Program-made: the position numbers and the translations under genes
Part shown: in pieces, positions 18,656-27,445 of the stretch
Layout: each line of letters begins with the position of its first letter
How positions within the stretch are numbered: position 1 is the first letter of the stretch
IMG/VR virus record: IMGVR_UViG_3300037455_001397
Span: 34,542 to 98,541 of that record
Reading direction: 5' to 3' (one strand)
DNA from: a virus
Lineage: Duplodnaviria > Caudoviricetes
Length of the DNA stretch: 64,000 nucleotides
Notes under the pieces: generated by a model
Database searches by the model: none
What the model saw: the letters and a program-made list of their open reading frames with translations, nothing else
What the model was told of the DNA's origin: nothing

Positions 18656-18715
18656 CGCAGTTTTGCCGGGGACCTCACTCGCCTCCGTCAGGGCTGTTTC
18701 CGGCGAAACTGCGGA
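18654..18715 (+). ncRNA. Candidate structured RNA element, copy 2 (anti-RBS loop hairpin)
   Basis: 20-bp stem with 3 G-U pairs and a different inner stem sequence from copy 1; identical 17-nt loop segment. Confidence 0.55.
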
Positions 18716-18896
18716 TTTTAATTCGAGCATTCTAAATCGCTTCCCCTATGCCGATTATGCCAAACGTCGCTCGCTTTGGGCTCAACGTGCGATTCGGCAG
18801 CCGGGGAAGCACCCCCCAAATCCAACCGCATAAATCAACCCCCACAAACGGCCCCGGAACGGCCACAAAACCCGTAAAGAATAGGAGGTCAGACCT

Positions 18897-19175
18897 ATGA
18901 AAATCAGAATTCACGAAATGGACATCGACGGTACCCCTGTCGCCTATACCGGCGAATACTATGTTGGCGCGAACGCCACCGAGATTGTCGAAGCCATGAA
19001 AAAGAACCCGTTCCAAATCGACCTCACGGTCGAAGAATACATGCGGAAGATTCTCGATAAAATCGGCAAGGCGGACTATGTCCTCACCGAGGACGATGCC
19101 CCGCTGGAGTTCCTGAATCTGCTCGCCAAACTCAATTATGCTTCCTTCGAGGAGCAGGAGGTCAAGGTAAAATGA
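18897..19175 (+). CDS. Hypothetical protein
   Basis: SD AGGAGG, 92 aa. Confidence 0.7.
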   Translation: MKIRIHEMDIDGTPVAYTGEYYVGANATEIVEAMKKNPFQIDLTVEEYMRKILDKIGKADYVLTEDDAPLEFLNLLAKLNYASFEEQEVKVK

Positions 19176-19516
19176 ACGCTATCTTCATCGATGCCCAAAA
19201 CAAGACTGTCAGCCTGATCGAGATTGAAAACGATCTCCAGGCCATGTACGACAAAATCGGATGCCTGCTCGTGCAGACCGTTCCCTTTGCCGGGGAAAAC
19301 ATCGTCTGCGATGAGGAAGGACGCCTCAAGCGGTGGACTTCCGGATTCGAGCTCGGCGACTGGCGCATCGTCGGCAACGCCCTGATCGTCGGCGACACCG
19401 AGGACGGGGACTTCGCGGACACGAAACTGTTAGCAGAAGAGATCGCAAAGCAAATCCGGTTCTTCGGCGAAGACGAACCGCTGCCACCTCCGGAATTCCA
19501 TGTCATCGGGCTGTGA
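19172..19516 (+). CDS. DUF3846-like protein
   Basis: NDLQAMYDKIG...IVCDEEGRL...IVGNALIVG...GDF pattern. Confidence 0.7.
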   Translation: MNAIFIDAQNKTVSLIEIENDLQAMYDKIGCLLVQTVPFAGENIVCDEEGRLKRWTSGFELGDWRIVGNALIVGDTEDGDFADTKLLAEEIAKQIRFFGEDEPLPPPEFHVIGL

Positions 19517-19620
19517 AAACTTTATCGAAGAAACTTCATCTTATTCTCCGAAAGGCACTTGCGTTAATCAAAAGTCATGCTTTAAGTAATAACAGCCACA
19601 ACCATAAGGAGAAAGAATCC

Positions 19621-20082
19621 ATGAACACCCCGATCCTCTACTTCGCCTACGGGTCGAACCTCAACCCGAAACGCATCCACCACAGATGTCCGACAGCCGC
19701 TTCATTCAGAGCAGCCCAGCTCAAGAACTATCGTCTCGTCGAACGCCTTTACGCCGACATCGACTATGAAGAAGGCGCTGTGGTCCATGGCGTCCTCTAC
19801 TGCATCAGCGAACGAGAACTGAGCATCCTCGACACCTACGAGGGATGCCCGCACATCTACCGCAGAATCTGGATCGAGGCCGACTGCAACGGCGAGACCT
19901 TCGTGGCCGCGACCTACGAGATGACGCCCGAAACGAAAGTCCTTCGCGAAGGTCAGCCGTTCCCCGAAGATTACAGAAAGATCTGCTCTGTGGGTGCGGC
20001 CTTCCACCGCATCCCAAATGCATTCCGCAACAACAAAAACTTCTTCCATCAACTCAACCTCAAAAGGAGCACAAAAAAATGA
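19621..20082 (+). CDS. Gamma-glutamylcyclotransferase-like protein
   Basis: YFAYGSNL, VHGVLY and LDTYEG motifs; a single promoter-like unit at about 19525-19590. Confidence 0.85.
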   Translation: MNTPILYFAYGSNLNPKRIHHRCPTAASFRAAQLKNYRLVERLYADIDYEEGAVVHGVLYCISERELSILDTYEGCPHIYRRIWIEADCNGETFVAATYEMTPETKVLREGQPFPEDYRKICSVGAAFHRIPNAFRNNKNFFHQLNLKRSTKK

Positions 20083-20453
20083 AAACTGTCAAACTTGTCG
20101 TCTACGGAACACTCATGACCGGAGAGGGCAACCACCGCCTCTGCGCAAATGCCGTGAAAATCACGCCCTGCACAATCGTGGGGACGCTCTACGACACAGG
20201 CTGGGGCTTCCCCGCCTTCGAACAGACCGGAGACACGGTCGTCCATGCCAAACTCATCGAAATCCCGTTCGAGGACTGGCCGAACGTTGACAGGCTGGAA
20301 GGCTACCCCAGGCTCTACGACCGCAAGCTCATTCAGGCAACGCTCGCAGATGGAAGCACGGACACCGGCTGGGTGTACATCATGAACAGCCTTCCGGCCA
20401 CTGCCAAGGTCATCCAGTCCGGCGACTGGAAGAAGCGGAAGGAGGCCGAATGA
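20079..20453 (+). CDS. GGACT/AIG2-like gamma-glutamylcyclotransferase
   Basis: VYGTLMTGEGNH, GFPA, DRLEGYPRLYDR and SGDW motifs. Confidence 0.85.
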   Translation: MKTVKLVVYGTLMTGEGNHRLCANAVKITPCTIVGTLYDTGWGFPAFEQTGDTVVHAKLIEIPFEDWPNVDRLEGYPRLYDRKLIQATLADGSTDTGWVYIMNSLPATAKVIQSGDWKKRKEAE

Positions 20454-20929
20454 GCACGAACGCAGCAATCGGGATGACGATGCCCGACGGAACAATTCAT
20501 GCCGTCTATCTGCATTGGGACGGGTACATCACTGACGGTGGAGCCGGGGAAACTCTCGCCGAACACTATCAAGACCGGGCAAAGGTCGAGGAACTCATCG
20601 CCCTTGGCTTTCTGAGCTCGCTCGGAGCCGAGGTCGACCCGGACCCGGCAAACCCGCACTCCTGGTCGAATCCGCAGCCAGGCGTCACGGTGGCCTACCA
20701 CCGCGACCGCAAGGAGCCGCTTCAACCCGCAGTCGAGTTCAAGGACAGGGATTCGTTCGCGGAAGAGGCGAAGGGTAGCCTGTGGGCAGAGTATTCCTAT
20801 CTGTTCGAGGACGGTCGCTGGCTGGTGTGCGACCTCCACCTCAGCACGAAGCCGTGGAAGTGGAAGGTGCTGTCGGATGTTCTTGCTCAGACCGGATGGA
20901 AGCTGAACGGGAAGCCGGTCGATGTCTGA
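20450..20929 (+). CDS. Phage protein of the YxHWDGY family
   Basis: AVYLHWDGY...GETLAEHY...LGFLSSL...EYSYLF; GC hairpin at about 20970-21000 follows. Confidence 0.7.
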   Translation: MSTNAAIGMTMPDGTIHAVYLHWDGYITDGGAGETLAEHYQDRAKVEELIALGFLSSLGAEVDPDPANPHSWSNPQPGVTVAYHRDRKEPLQPAVEFKDRDSFAEEAKGSLWAEYSYLFEDGRWLVCDLHLSTKPWKWKVLSDVLAQTGWKLNGKPVDV

Positions 20930-21208
20930 GTTTCGCTCAGTCTTGCCTTTCTCGGAAACTCGTGCTGTACAGCGGCCCCGTTCAAACGGGGCCGCTGCAG
21001 AATCCGCGAAAAAATCATTCATTTTCCCGGTTATTTCGCCAAAAACTTCTTTCTACACTGGAAAAAGCGTTGATTGTATGCTAAAGTATGTTTCACACGG
21101 TTCTTTGGTATCCTTATTGGCTTAGATGTCCAAAGGTGCTTTTGAACCTGCTACGCGTTTTCATGTACAAAGAATAAAAACTTTTGAAATCACACCGAGA
21201 AGCCTTTT

Positions 21209-23296
21209 ATGTCTGCCATAAACGACCTTGTCCGACAGATCACAGACCCTGATCTGCGAGAAAAACTTCAAAAAGAAGTCAACAAGTTGGCCAAACAGAA
21301 AAAGTTCGGTTTGGTCTTTGAGGAGCATCTTCCAGAATGTACTCCGCTGTGGGATATGCCAGTACGTCGCGGAGCAAAGGTCGCACTCAGGTCCGGTCCC
21401 GTCAGTGATTTTTATCAAGTTGTTCAAATTAAAAAGGGAATGGCTCAATGTATCCGTCGAGGTGAGTCCGAGGCGGTTGAATTCTCGATTGGGGATCTTG
21501 TTCCCATCGCTGAGTTCGGAGAACCAATTTATCCATATTTGAAGCCGATAGATGCTGTGTGCAATGCGCCGGACAACGACCTATGGCATACATTGATTGA
21601 AGCAGACAACTATCATGCTTTGCAGCTTTTGGAGTATCTCTATGCAGGAAAGGTGGATTGTATCTATATTGATCCACCCTATAACACAGGTGCACGTGAT
21701 TGGAAATACAACAATGATTACGTGGACAGCACCGACCAATACCGACACAGCAAATGGCTTTCCATGATGCAGAAGCGGCTCCGTATTGCAAAGAAACTCC
21801 TCAATCCTAATGAATCAGTTTTGATTATTACTATTGACGAAAAAGAGTATTTACATCTTGGATGCCTGCTGGAAGAGATGTTTCCTGAAGCAACAACCCA
21901 AATGATTTCTTCCGTTATTAATCCAAGCGGCTCAAAAAGACTAAATGAGTTTTCGAGAAGTGACGAGTACATTTTCTTTGTGATGATTGGTGCGGCTGTA
22001 CCTTGTGGAATAAAAACTGAAGCAAGTTCTGAAAAGAACAGTATCAGTTGGGAAACATTTAGGCGACACGATCTGCAATCAAAACGTGGCACATCGAAAG
22101 GCGGGACGGCTCAATTTTACCCACTTTATGTTGATACAAAAACTGGAAAGATTGCAGAAATAGGTAATCCCATTCCTCCGAATATAGATATAAAAACTGT
22201 CCCCAATAGACCTGGATGCACAACCGTATTTCCGATTCGAGATAATGGAATTGAAATGAACTGGGGGGCAAGGCCTGAAACGGCAAGAGAACTGCTGAAA
22301 AATGGATATCTCAAAGCAGGAGAACGCAAGGAAAATACCCCCCAGAAATATGTGGTTAAATACCTGACCTCAGGGACAATCGAAGATATCAAGGATGGTA
22401 CAGCCATTGTGGATGGATATGATACTGATGGCTCAATTATAGCACATTATGAAAACGGAAAAGATGTTATGCCTAAAACGAACTGGAACGAAAAAAGTCA
22501 TAATGCAAATGCATATGGAAGCAAGATAATAAAGGATATAATAGGCAATAGGTTTAGTTTCCCGAAATCATTATATGCAGTACATGATTGCATTGATTTG
22601 TTCGTAAGAAATAAGCCTAATGCTATAGTCATTGATTTCTTTGCCGGTTCTGGAACAACACTTCACGCTGTCAATCTGTTGAACGCGGAAGATGGTGGTC
22701 ATCGTCGTTGTATTCTTGTCACTAATAACGAAGTTTCGGATGATGAGGCAAAAGAAATGTCCTCTCGAGGACTTAAGCCTGGCGATGAGGAATGGGAGAA
22801 ACTCGGCATAGCTCAGTACGTCACATGGCCACGCACAGTTTGCTCCATCGAAGGTCATGATGTAAAAGGCAATCCACTGAAGGGAACCTATCTCGGCAGT
22901 GATTTCCCAATGGCGGATGGTTTTAAGTCAAATGCGGCATATTTTAAGCTTGGATTCCTTGATAAAACCTCAGTAGCTCTCGGAATGCAATTCAAGGAAA
23001 TGCTGCCGACTCTATGGATGAAGGCAGGATCTCATGGACCATGTCCTTCACTGACTGATACTCCTGCAGACATGCTGATCCTGGCTGAAAACAGAATGGC
23101 CGTCTTGATGAACGAAAATGACTTTTCTTCATTCTCTGAGAAGGTTAATGCCATGCCCGAAATCAAAACAGTATTTATCATTACAGACTATGATATTAAT
23201 TATCGCAACATGGTAAGTGCTCTGAAAGGAAAGACTACCTTCCAGCTTTACAGGGACTATCTGGATAATTTCCGGATTAATTATGGGAGGAACTGA
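21209..23296 (+). CDS. mod: Type III-like DNA adenine/N4-cytosine methyltransferase (Mod, beta class)
   Basis: KFGLVFEEH N-terminus; YIDPPYNTG precedes DFFAGSGTT; FPKS. Confidence 0.9.
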   Translation: MSAINDLVRQITDPDLREKLQKEVNKLAKQKKFGLVFEEHLPECTPLWDMPVRRGAKVALRSGPVSDFYQVVQIKKGMAQCIRRGESEAVEFSIGDLVPIAEFGEPIYPYLKPIDAVCNAPDNDLWHTLIEADNYHALQLLEYLYAGKVDCIYIDPPYNTGARDWKYNNDYVDSTDQYRHSKWLSMMQKRLRIAKKLLNPNESVLIITIDEKEYLHLGCLLEEMFPEATTQMISSVINPSGSKRLNEFSRSDEYIFFVMIGAAVPCGIKTEASSEKNSISWETFRRHDLQSKRGTSKGGTAQFYPLYVDTKTGKIAEIGNPIPPNIDIKTVPNRPGCTTVFPIRDNGIEMNWGARPETARELLKNGYLKAGERKENTPQKYVVKYLTSGTIEDIKDGTAIVDGYDTDGSIIAHYENGKDVMPKTNWNEKSHNANAYGSKIIKDIIGNRFSFPKSLYAVHDCIDLFVRNKPNAIVIDFFAGSGTTLHAVNLLNAEDGGHRRCILVTNNEVSDDEAKEMSSRGLKPGDEEWEKLGIAQYVTWPRTVCSIEGHDVKGNPLKGTYLGSDFPMADGFKSNAAYFKLGFLDKTSVALGMQFKEMLPTLWMKAGSHGPCPSLTDTPADMLILAENRMAVLMNENDFSSFSEKVNAMPEIKTVFIITDYDINYRNMVSALKGKTTFQLYRDYLDNFRINYGRN

Positions 23297-23298
23297 CA

Positions 23299-26142
23299 AT
23301 GATCAACGATTTGTTCTCGTTTCAACAACAGGCCGTAAATGAGCTCAGAGTAAAAACCGCAATGGCCATGAACAATTATCGTGCTTGTCAGGTTCCTCAG
23401 GTTATTTCTCTTCAGGCACCGACCGGTTCGGGCAAAACCATTATCATGGCGGCTTTTGTGGAGGATGTGTACTTTGGTTCCGACCAATATACAGAACAGC
23501 CAGACGCTATCTTCGTGTGGCTATCCGATTCTCCTCAACTGAACGAGCAATCCAGGCAGAAATTTGAACAGAAAGCAGACAGGCTGAGGCTGACGCAATA
23601 TGTGACGATTACAGACGAAAGTTTTGATCAGGAAGTGCTGGATGATGGTCACATCTACTTTTTGAATACACAAAAGCTTGGAAGAGGCGGCAATCTGGGG
23701 AAGCATTCCGATACACGCCAATACACAATCTGGGAAACGATAGAGAACACAGCCAAGAATAAATCTGACCGGCTGTATTTCATTATTGATGAAGCACATC
23801 GAGGAATGATGGGTAACGCAGCTGGAACGGCCACTTCGATCATGCAGCGATTTATTAAGGGAAGCCCTGCACATCAGCTTTCTCCTGTCCCGGTGATTGT
23901 GGGCATGAGTGCAACCTCAGAACGTTTTGATAGTTTGATAGGCAAAGACACGACCTCAACACTTCAGAAAGTCATTGTCAGCCCTGCTCAGGTCCGTGCG
24001 TCTGGTCTCCTGAAGGACCGAATCGTTATTACTTATCCAGAGGATCCGACCAAACATAATGACATGGCCGTCCTTCAGGCTGCGACCGACGAATGGCGGG
24101 AAAAGTGCCAGCATTGGTATCAGTACACATATGAACAGCATTATACCAATGTCAACCCCGTGTTTGTGATTCAAGTAAAGGCGGGGAATGGAAGCAAAGT
24201 ATCCGATACAGACCTGAATGACGTTATTGCTAAAGTCGAAGAACGGCTGGGGAAGCAGTTCAAAGAAGGAGAAGTCGTTCACACTTTTGGCTCCACAGGC
24301 ACGATTACGATAAACGGACTGAACGTCCCTCATATTGAACCTTCGGACATCGCAGATAACAGGAAGGTCAAGATCGTATTATTCAAAGAAAACCTTTCAA
24401 CAGGATGGGACTGCCCACGAGCTGAAACAATGATGTCTTTCCGCGTGGCAGAGGATGCGACCTATATTGCACAGCTTCTTGGCCGGATGGTACGTACCCC
24501 TTTGCAGTGTCATGTCGTGGTTGACGATTCTCTGAATGAGGTCAGGCTTTTCCTGCCTTATTTCAACAAAGACAATGTGCAGAAAGTCATTGACGAATTG
24601 CAAAGCACAGAAGGTGGAGAAATCCCGACCGTTGTGGATGGGGAATCGCTTGAGGACCAGATATACGTTCCCTGGTCAGTTCATGTCTCTTCCGGCAGCA
24701 AATCCAGAAAAGGGACACAAGATCCAGATCAACCGGACTTATTCGGGGGAGAGGGAGAATCCCCGTATTCGGAAGAACAATCCCATCCTGCCGATGCCGG
24801 GCAAGCAAATGCAAGTGTTAAGTCAGATAATGGCCAGATGCTACCTTCACAGGATAACAATGCTGTATCCAGCGAAGCAAGTCAGGCCACCAAACCAGCA
24901 GGTCATGAAGGCGATGGAAATACTGCATCTGACAAGCCCGTTCTAAATGCTGCTACACCGATCCAGATGTCTCTTTTCCCTGAGATAGATCGAGAAGCTG
25001 TGATCCACTTTATCAATGAACAAGGCTTCCTCACGTATCAGATTCGTATTACGAAAGTTAACAGTTATCTGAAATCATTGCTGAGTCTTGCCGGAATCCT
25101 CACGCAGAATCTGATTTATCAGGGGGCAAATGACGAGGTCAAGGATGAAGTTACCGACCTGATGCAAGCATATATCCGGGACCTGAAAGACAGGGGGAAA
25201 TATGATGATCTTGCCAAGAAGGTCCTGGAATTTAAGCTTTCCATACAAATATTCGATCCGTTTGGAGAAAAAATCGAAAATTCAACTCATTACGACCTGT
25301 TTGAGGCTTCAGAAACGGATTTGGACAGGCAGCTTCGTGCAGCCGATGCTAAACTGGGGGGATATGGTTTCCCGTTTGTATATGGTCGCAGATTCATTGA
25401 TTTCGACAATCCAAATGCATTTAAGATCGACTGCATTCTTTTTGCTGCGGATGAGGAGTGTATTCGCAAACTGAACCAATATGCTGAAACAAAATTCCAC
25501 GCATTAAATGACAAATATCGCAAATATGTCATTTCAAAATCCGAAAAATGCAGAAAACAGTACAGCGATATTGTTGCAAACGGAGATGAGATCAGTAAAC
25601 ACAACTTTACGCTCCCGGAAATGATTAGCGCGAGGGTGGACAAAGGCGGCGATGTTTACAGAGATCATCTTTATGCTGACGCTCATGGAAATGCCCGCAT
25701 CAAATTGAACGATTGGGAAAAAAGCGTTCTTGAAGAAGAACAAAGACGTGAAGATTTCGTCTGCTGGCTTCGAAATTTTGACCGGCAATCCTGGTCATTA
25801 CGAATTCCCTATGAGATTGACAATACAGTGAAGGCTGCCTATCCAGATTTGATCATCATCCGCAGAGATCCTGACTTGGGGTATATTATGGACATCCTTG
25901 AACCACATAGCCCTGATTTTAAGGATAATCTTGGAAAAGCCAAAGGCTTTGCTGCTTATGCACGGGAAGAGATGAAGATAGGCAGGATTCAACTGATTCG
26001 CACAGCGAAAGATGCCGCCGGGAAAAACAGATTCAGAAGGCTGGATATGGGAAAAGGAATCGTCAGAGACAAGGTTACTGCTGCGATTAACAATGATGAG
26101 TTGGACCATATCTTTGATACGGACGGAGAATACGAAGACTGA
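23299..26142 (+). CDS. res: Type III-like restriction helicase-nuclease (Res)
   Basis: APTGSGKT, IDEAH, SAT, GWDCPRA, QLLGRMVR; C-terminal YPDLII...DILEPH nuclease-like motif. Confidence 0.85.
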   Translation: MINDLFSFQQQAVNELRVKTAMAMNNYRACQVPQVISLQAPTGSGKTIIMAAFVEDVYFGSDQYTEQPDAIFVWLSDSPQLNEQSRQKFEQKADRLRLTQYVTITDESFDQEVLDDGHIYFLNTQKLGRGGNLGKHSDTRQYTIWETIENTAKNKSDRLYFIIDEAHRGMMGNAAGTATSIMQRFIKGSPAHQLSPVPVIVGMSATSERFDSLIGKDTTSTLQKVIVSPAQVRASGLLKDRIVITYPEDPTKHNDMAVLQAATDEWREKCQHWYQYTYEQHYTNVNPVFVIQVKAGNGSKVSDTDLNDVIAKVEERLGKQFKEGEVVHTFGSTGTITINGLNVPHIEPSDIADNRKVKIVLFKENLSTGWDCPRAETMMSFRVAEDATYIAQLLGRMVRTPLQCHVVVDDSLNEVRLFLPYFNKDNVQKVIDELQSTEGGEIPTVVDGESLEDQIYVPWSVHVSSGSKSRKGTQDPDQPDLFGGEGESPYSEEQSHPADAGQANASVKSDNGQMLPSQDNNAVSSEASQATKPAGHEGDGNTASDKPVLNAATPIQMSLFPEIDREAVIHFINEQGFLTYQIRITKVNSYLKSLLSLAGILTQNLIYQGANDEVKDEVTDLMQAYIRDLKDRGKYDDLAKKVLEFKLSIQIFDPFGEKIENSTHYDLFEASETDLDRQLRAADAKLGGYGFPFVYGRRFIDFDNPNAFKIDCILFAADEECIRKLNQYAETKFHALNDKYRKYVISKSEKCRKQYSDIVANGDEISKHNFTLPEMISARVDKGGDVYRDHLYADAHGNARIKLNDWEKSVLEEEQRREDFVCWLRNFDRQSWSLRIPYEIDNTVKAAYPDLIIIRRDPDLGYIMDILEPHSPDFKDNLGKAKGFAAYAREEMKIGRIQLIRTAKDAAGKNRFRRLDMGKGIVRDKVTAAINNDELDHIFDTDGEYED

Positions 26143-26176
26143 CAAAAGGAAAAGAACCAGAGGAAACGAAGCCATC

Positions 26177-27445
26177 ATGCCGAAATACAATTTCATAGAT
26201 CTATTTGCCGGCGCGGGTGGCCTTTCTGAAGGTTTTATTCAGGCAGGCTTTGTGCCTTTGGCTCATGTTGAAATGAATCCCTTCGCGGCAAAGACCATAG
26301 AAACGCGAAGTGCCTACTATTATCTGAAAGGAAAAAAGAATCTGTCGCTTTACTACAAATATTTGAAAGGTGAAATGTCTCGTGATGAGTTTCTTTCGCA
26401 AATTCCTGAACAGTACAAAAAAAATGTTCTATGCGAAACCATGTCCAAAGAAACTCTTCCTGGCCTGTTCAAAACAATTGACGGTTTGATGGAAAAAAGG
26501 GGGCATGCAGCGGTGGATGTGATTATTGGAGGACCGCCATGCCAGGCGTATTCTCTTGTGGGGCGTGCTCAGAGCAGCCACATGGAAACGCCAATGGAAG
26601 AAGACCCTCGTAATGGGTTATATAAACTATATGCGAGTTTTCTAAAGAAGTATAATCCCCGGATGTTTGTCTTTGAAAATGTTATGGGGATTGAGTCAGC
26701 CAACAATGGGAAGACGTGGAAGAACATTCAGAAACGGCTGAAACAGGTAGGGTATGAAATTGAATGTCATGAGCAGAATTCAAAGGACTTTGGAGTTCTT
26801 CAGAATAGACGGCGCATGATAATTGTAGGATGGCGAAAGTACAGTAATCTGAGATACCCTGAGTTTAAGAAAGTCTCTTTTGATGCAGTTGTGTACGATT
26901 TGCTCGATGATCTTCCTAGGCTTACCCCAGGGGAAAGTGCAGATAACTATAGAACCGTGCAGATTGGATCCTACTTGGCGGAAACAGGAATCAGAGTTTC
27001 AGACGATGTGCTGACGCTGCATTCTGCGAGGCCAAACAAAGACAGAGACATCGAAATATACAAAAGAGCTATAGAAGAGTGGAACGGCGGCCACAAGCGT
27101 CTTAATTACAATGATCTGCCTGACGATTTAAAAACACACAAAAACAGGGATTCCTTCCTCGACAGATTCAAGGTGGTCGAGGGGCATGAGAGGTATTGTC
27201 ATACGATGCTGGCCCACATTTCCAAAGATGGGCACTACTTTATTCATCCTGATATTAATCAACATCGCTCCATTACAGTAAGAGAAGCAGCGAGGATACA
27301 GTCTTTTCCAGACAGCTATTTCTTTGAGGGCCCCCGGACATCTCAATTTGTTCAGATTGGGAATGCCGTACCCCCGCTCATGGCAAAAGCTATTGCCAAA
27401 GGAATAGCCAAAGTCCTAAATCAGGGAGGGGGAGATGGAAAGTAA
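26177..27445 (+). CDS. dcm: C5-cytosine DNA methyltransferase (DrmMII-like)
   Basis: DLFAGAGG, GGPPCQ, FENV, QNRRR, REAARIQSFPD and QIGNAVPP motifs. Confidence 0.92.
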   Translation: MPKYNFIDLFAGAGGLSEGFIQAGFVPLAHVEMNPFAAKTIETRSAYYYLKGKKNLSLYYKYLKGEMSRDEFLSQIPEQYKKNVLCETMSKETLPGLFKTIDGLMEKRGHAAVDVIIGGPPCQAYSLVGRAQSSHMETPMEEDPRNGLYKLYASFLKKYNPRMFVFENVMGIESANNGKTWKNIQKRLKQVGYEIECHEQNSKDFGVLQNRRRMIIVGWRKYSNLRYPEFKKVSFDAVVYDLLDDLPRLTPGESADNYRTVQIGSYLAETGIRVSDDVLTLHSARPNKDRDIEIYKRAIEEWNGGHKRLNYNDLPDDLKTHKNRDSFLDRFKVVEGHERYCHTMLAHISKDGHYFIHPDINQHRSITVREAARIQSFPDSYFFEGPRTSQFVQIGNAVPPLMAKAIAKGIAKVLNQGGGDGK

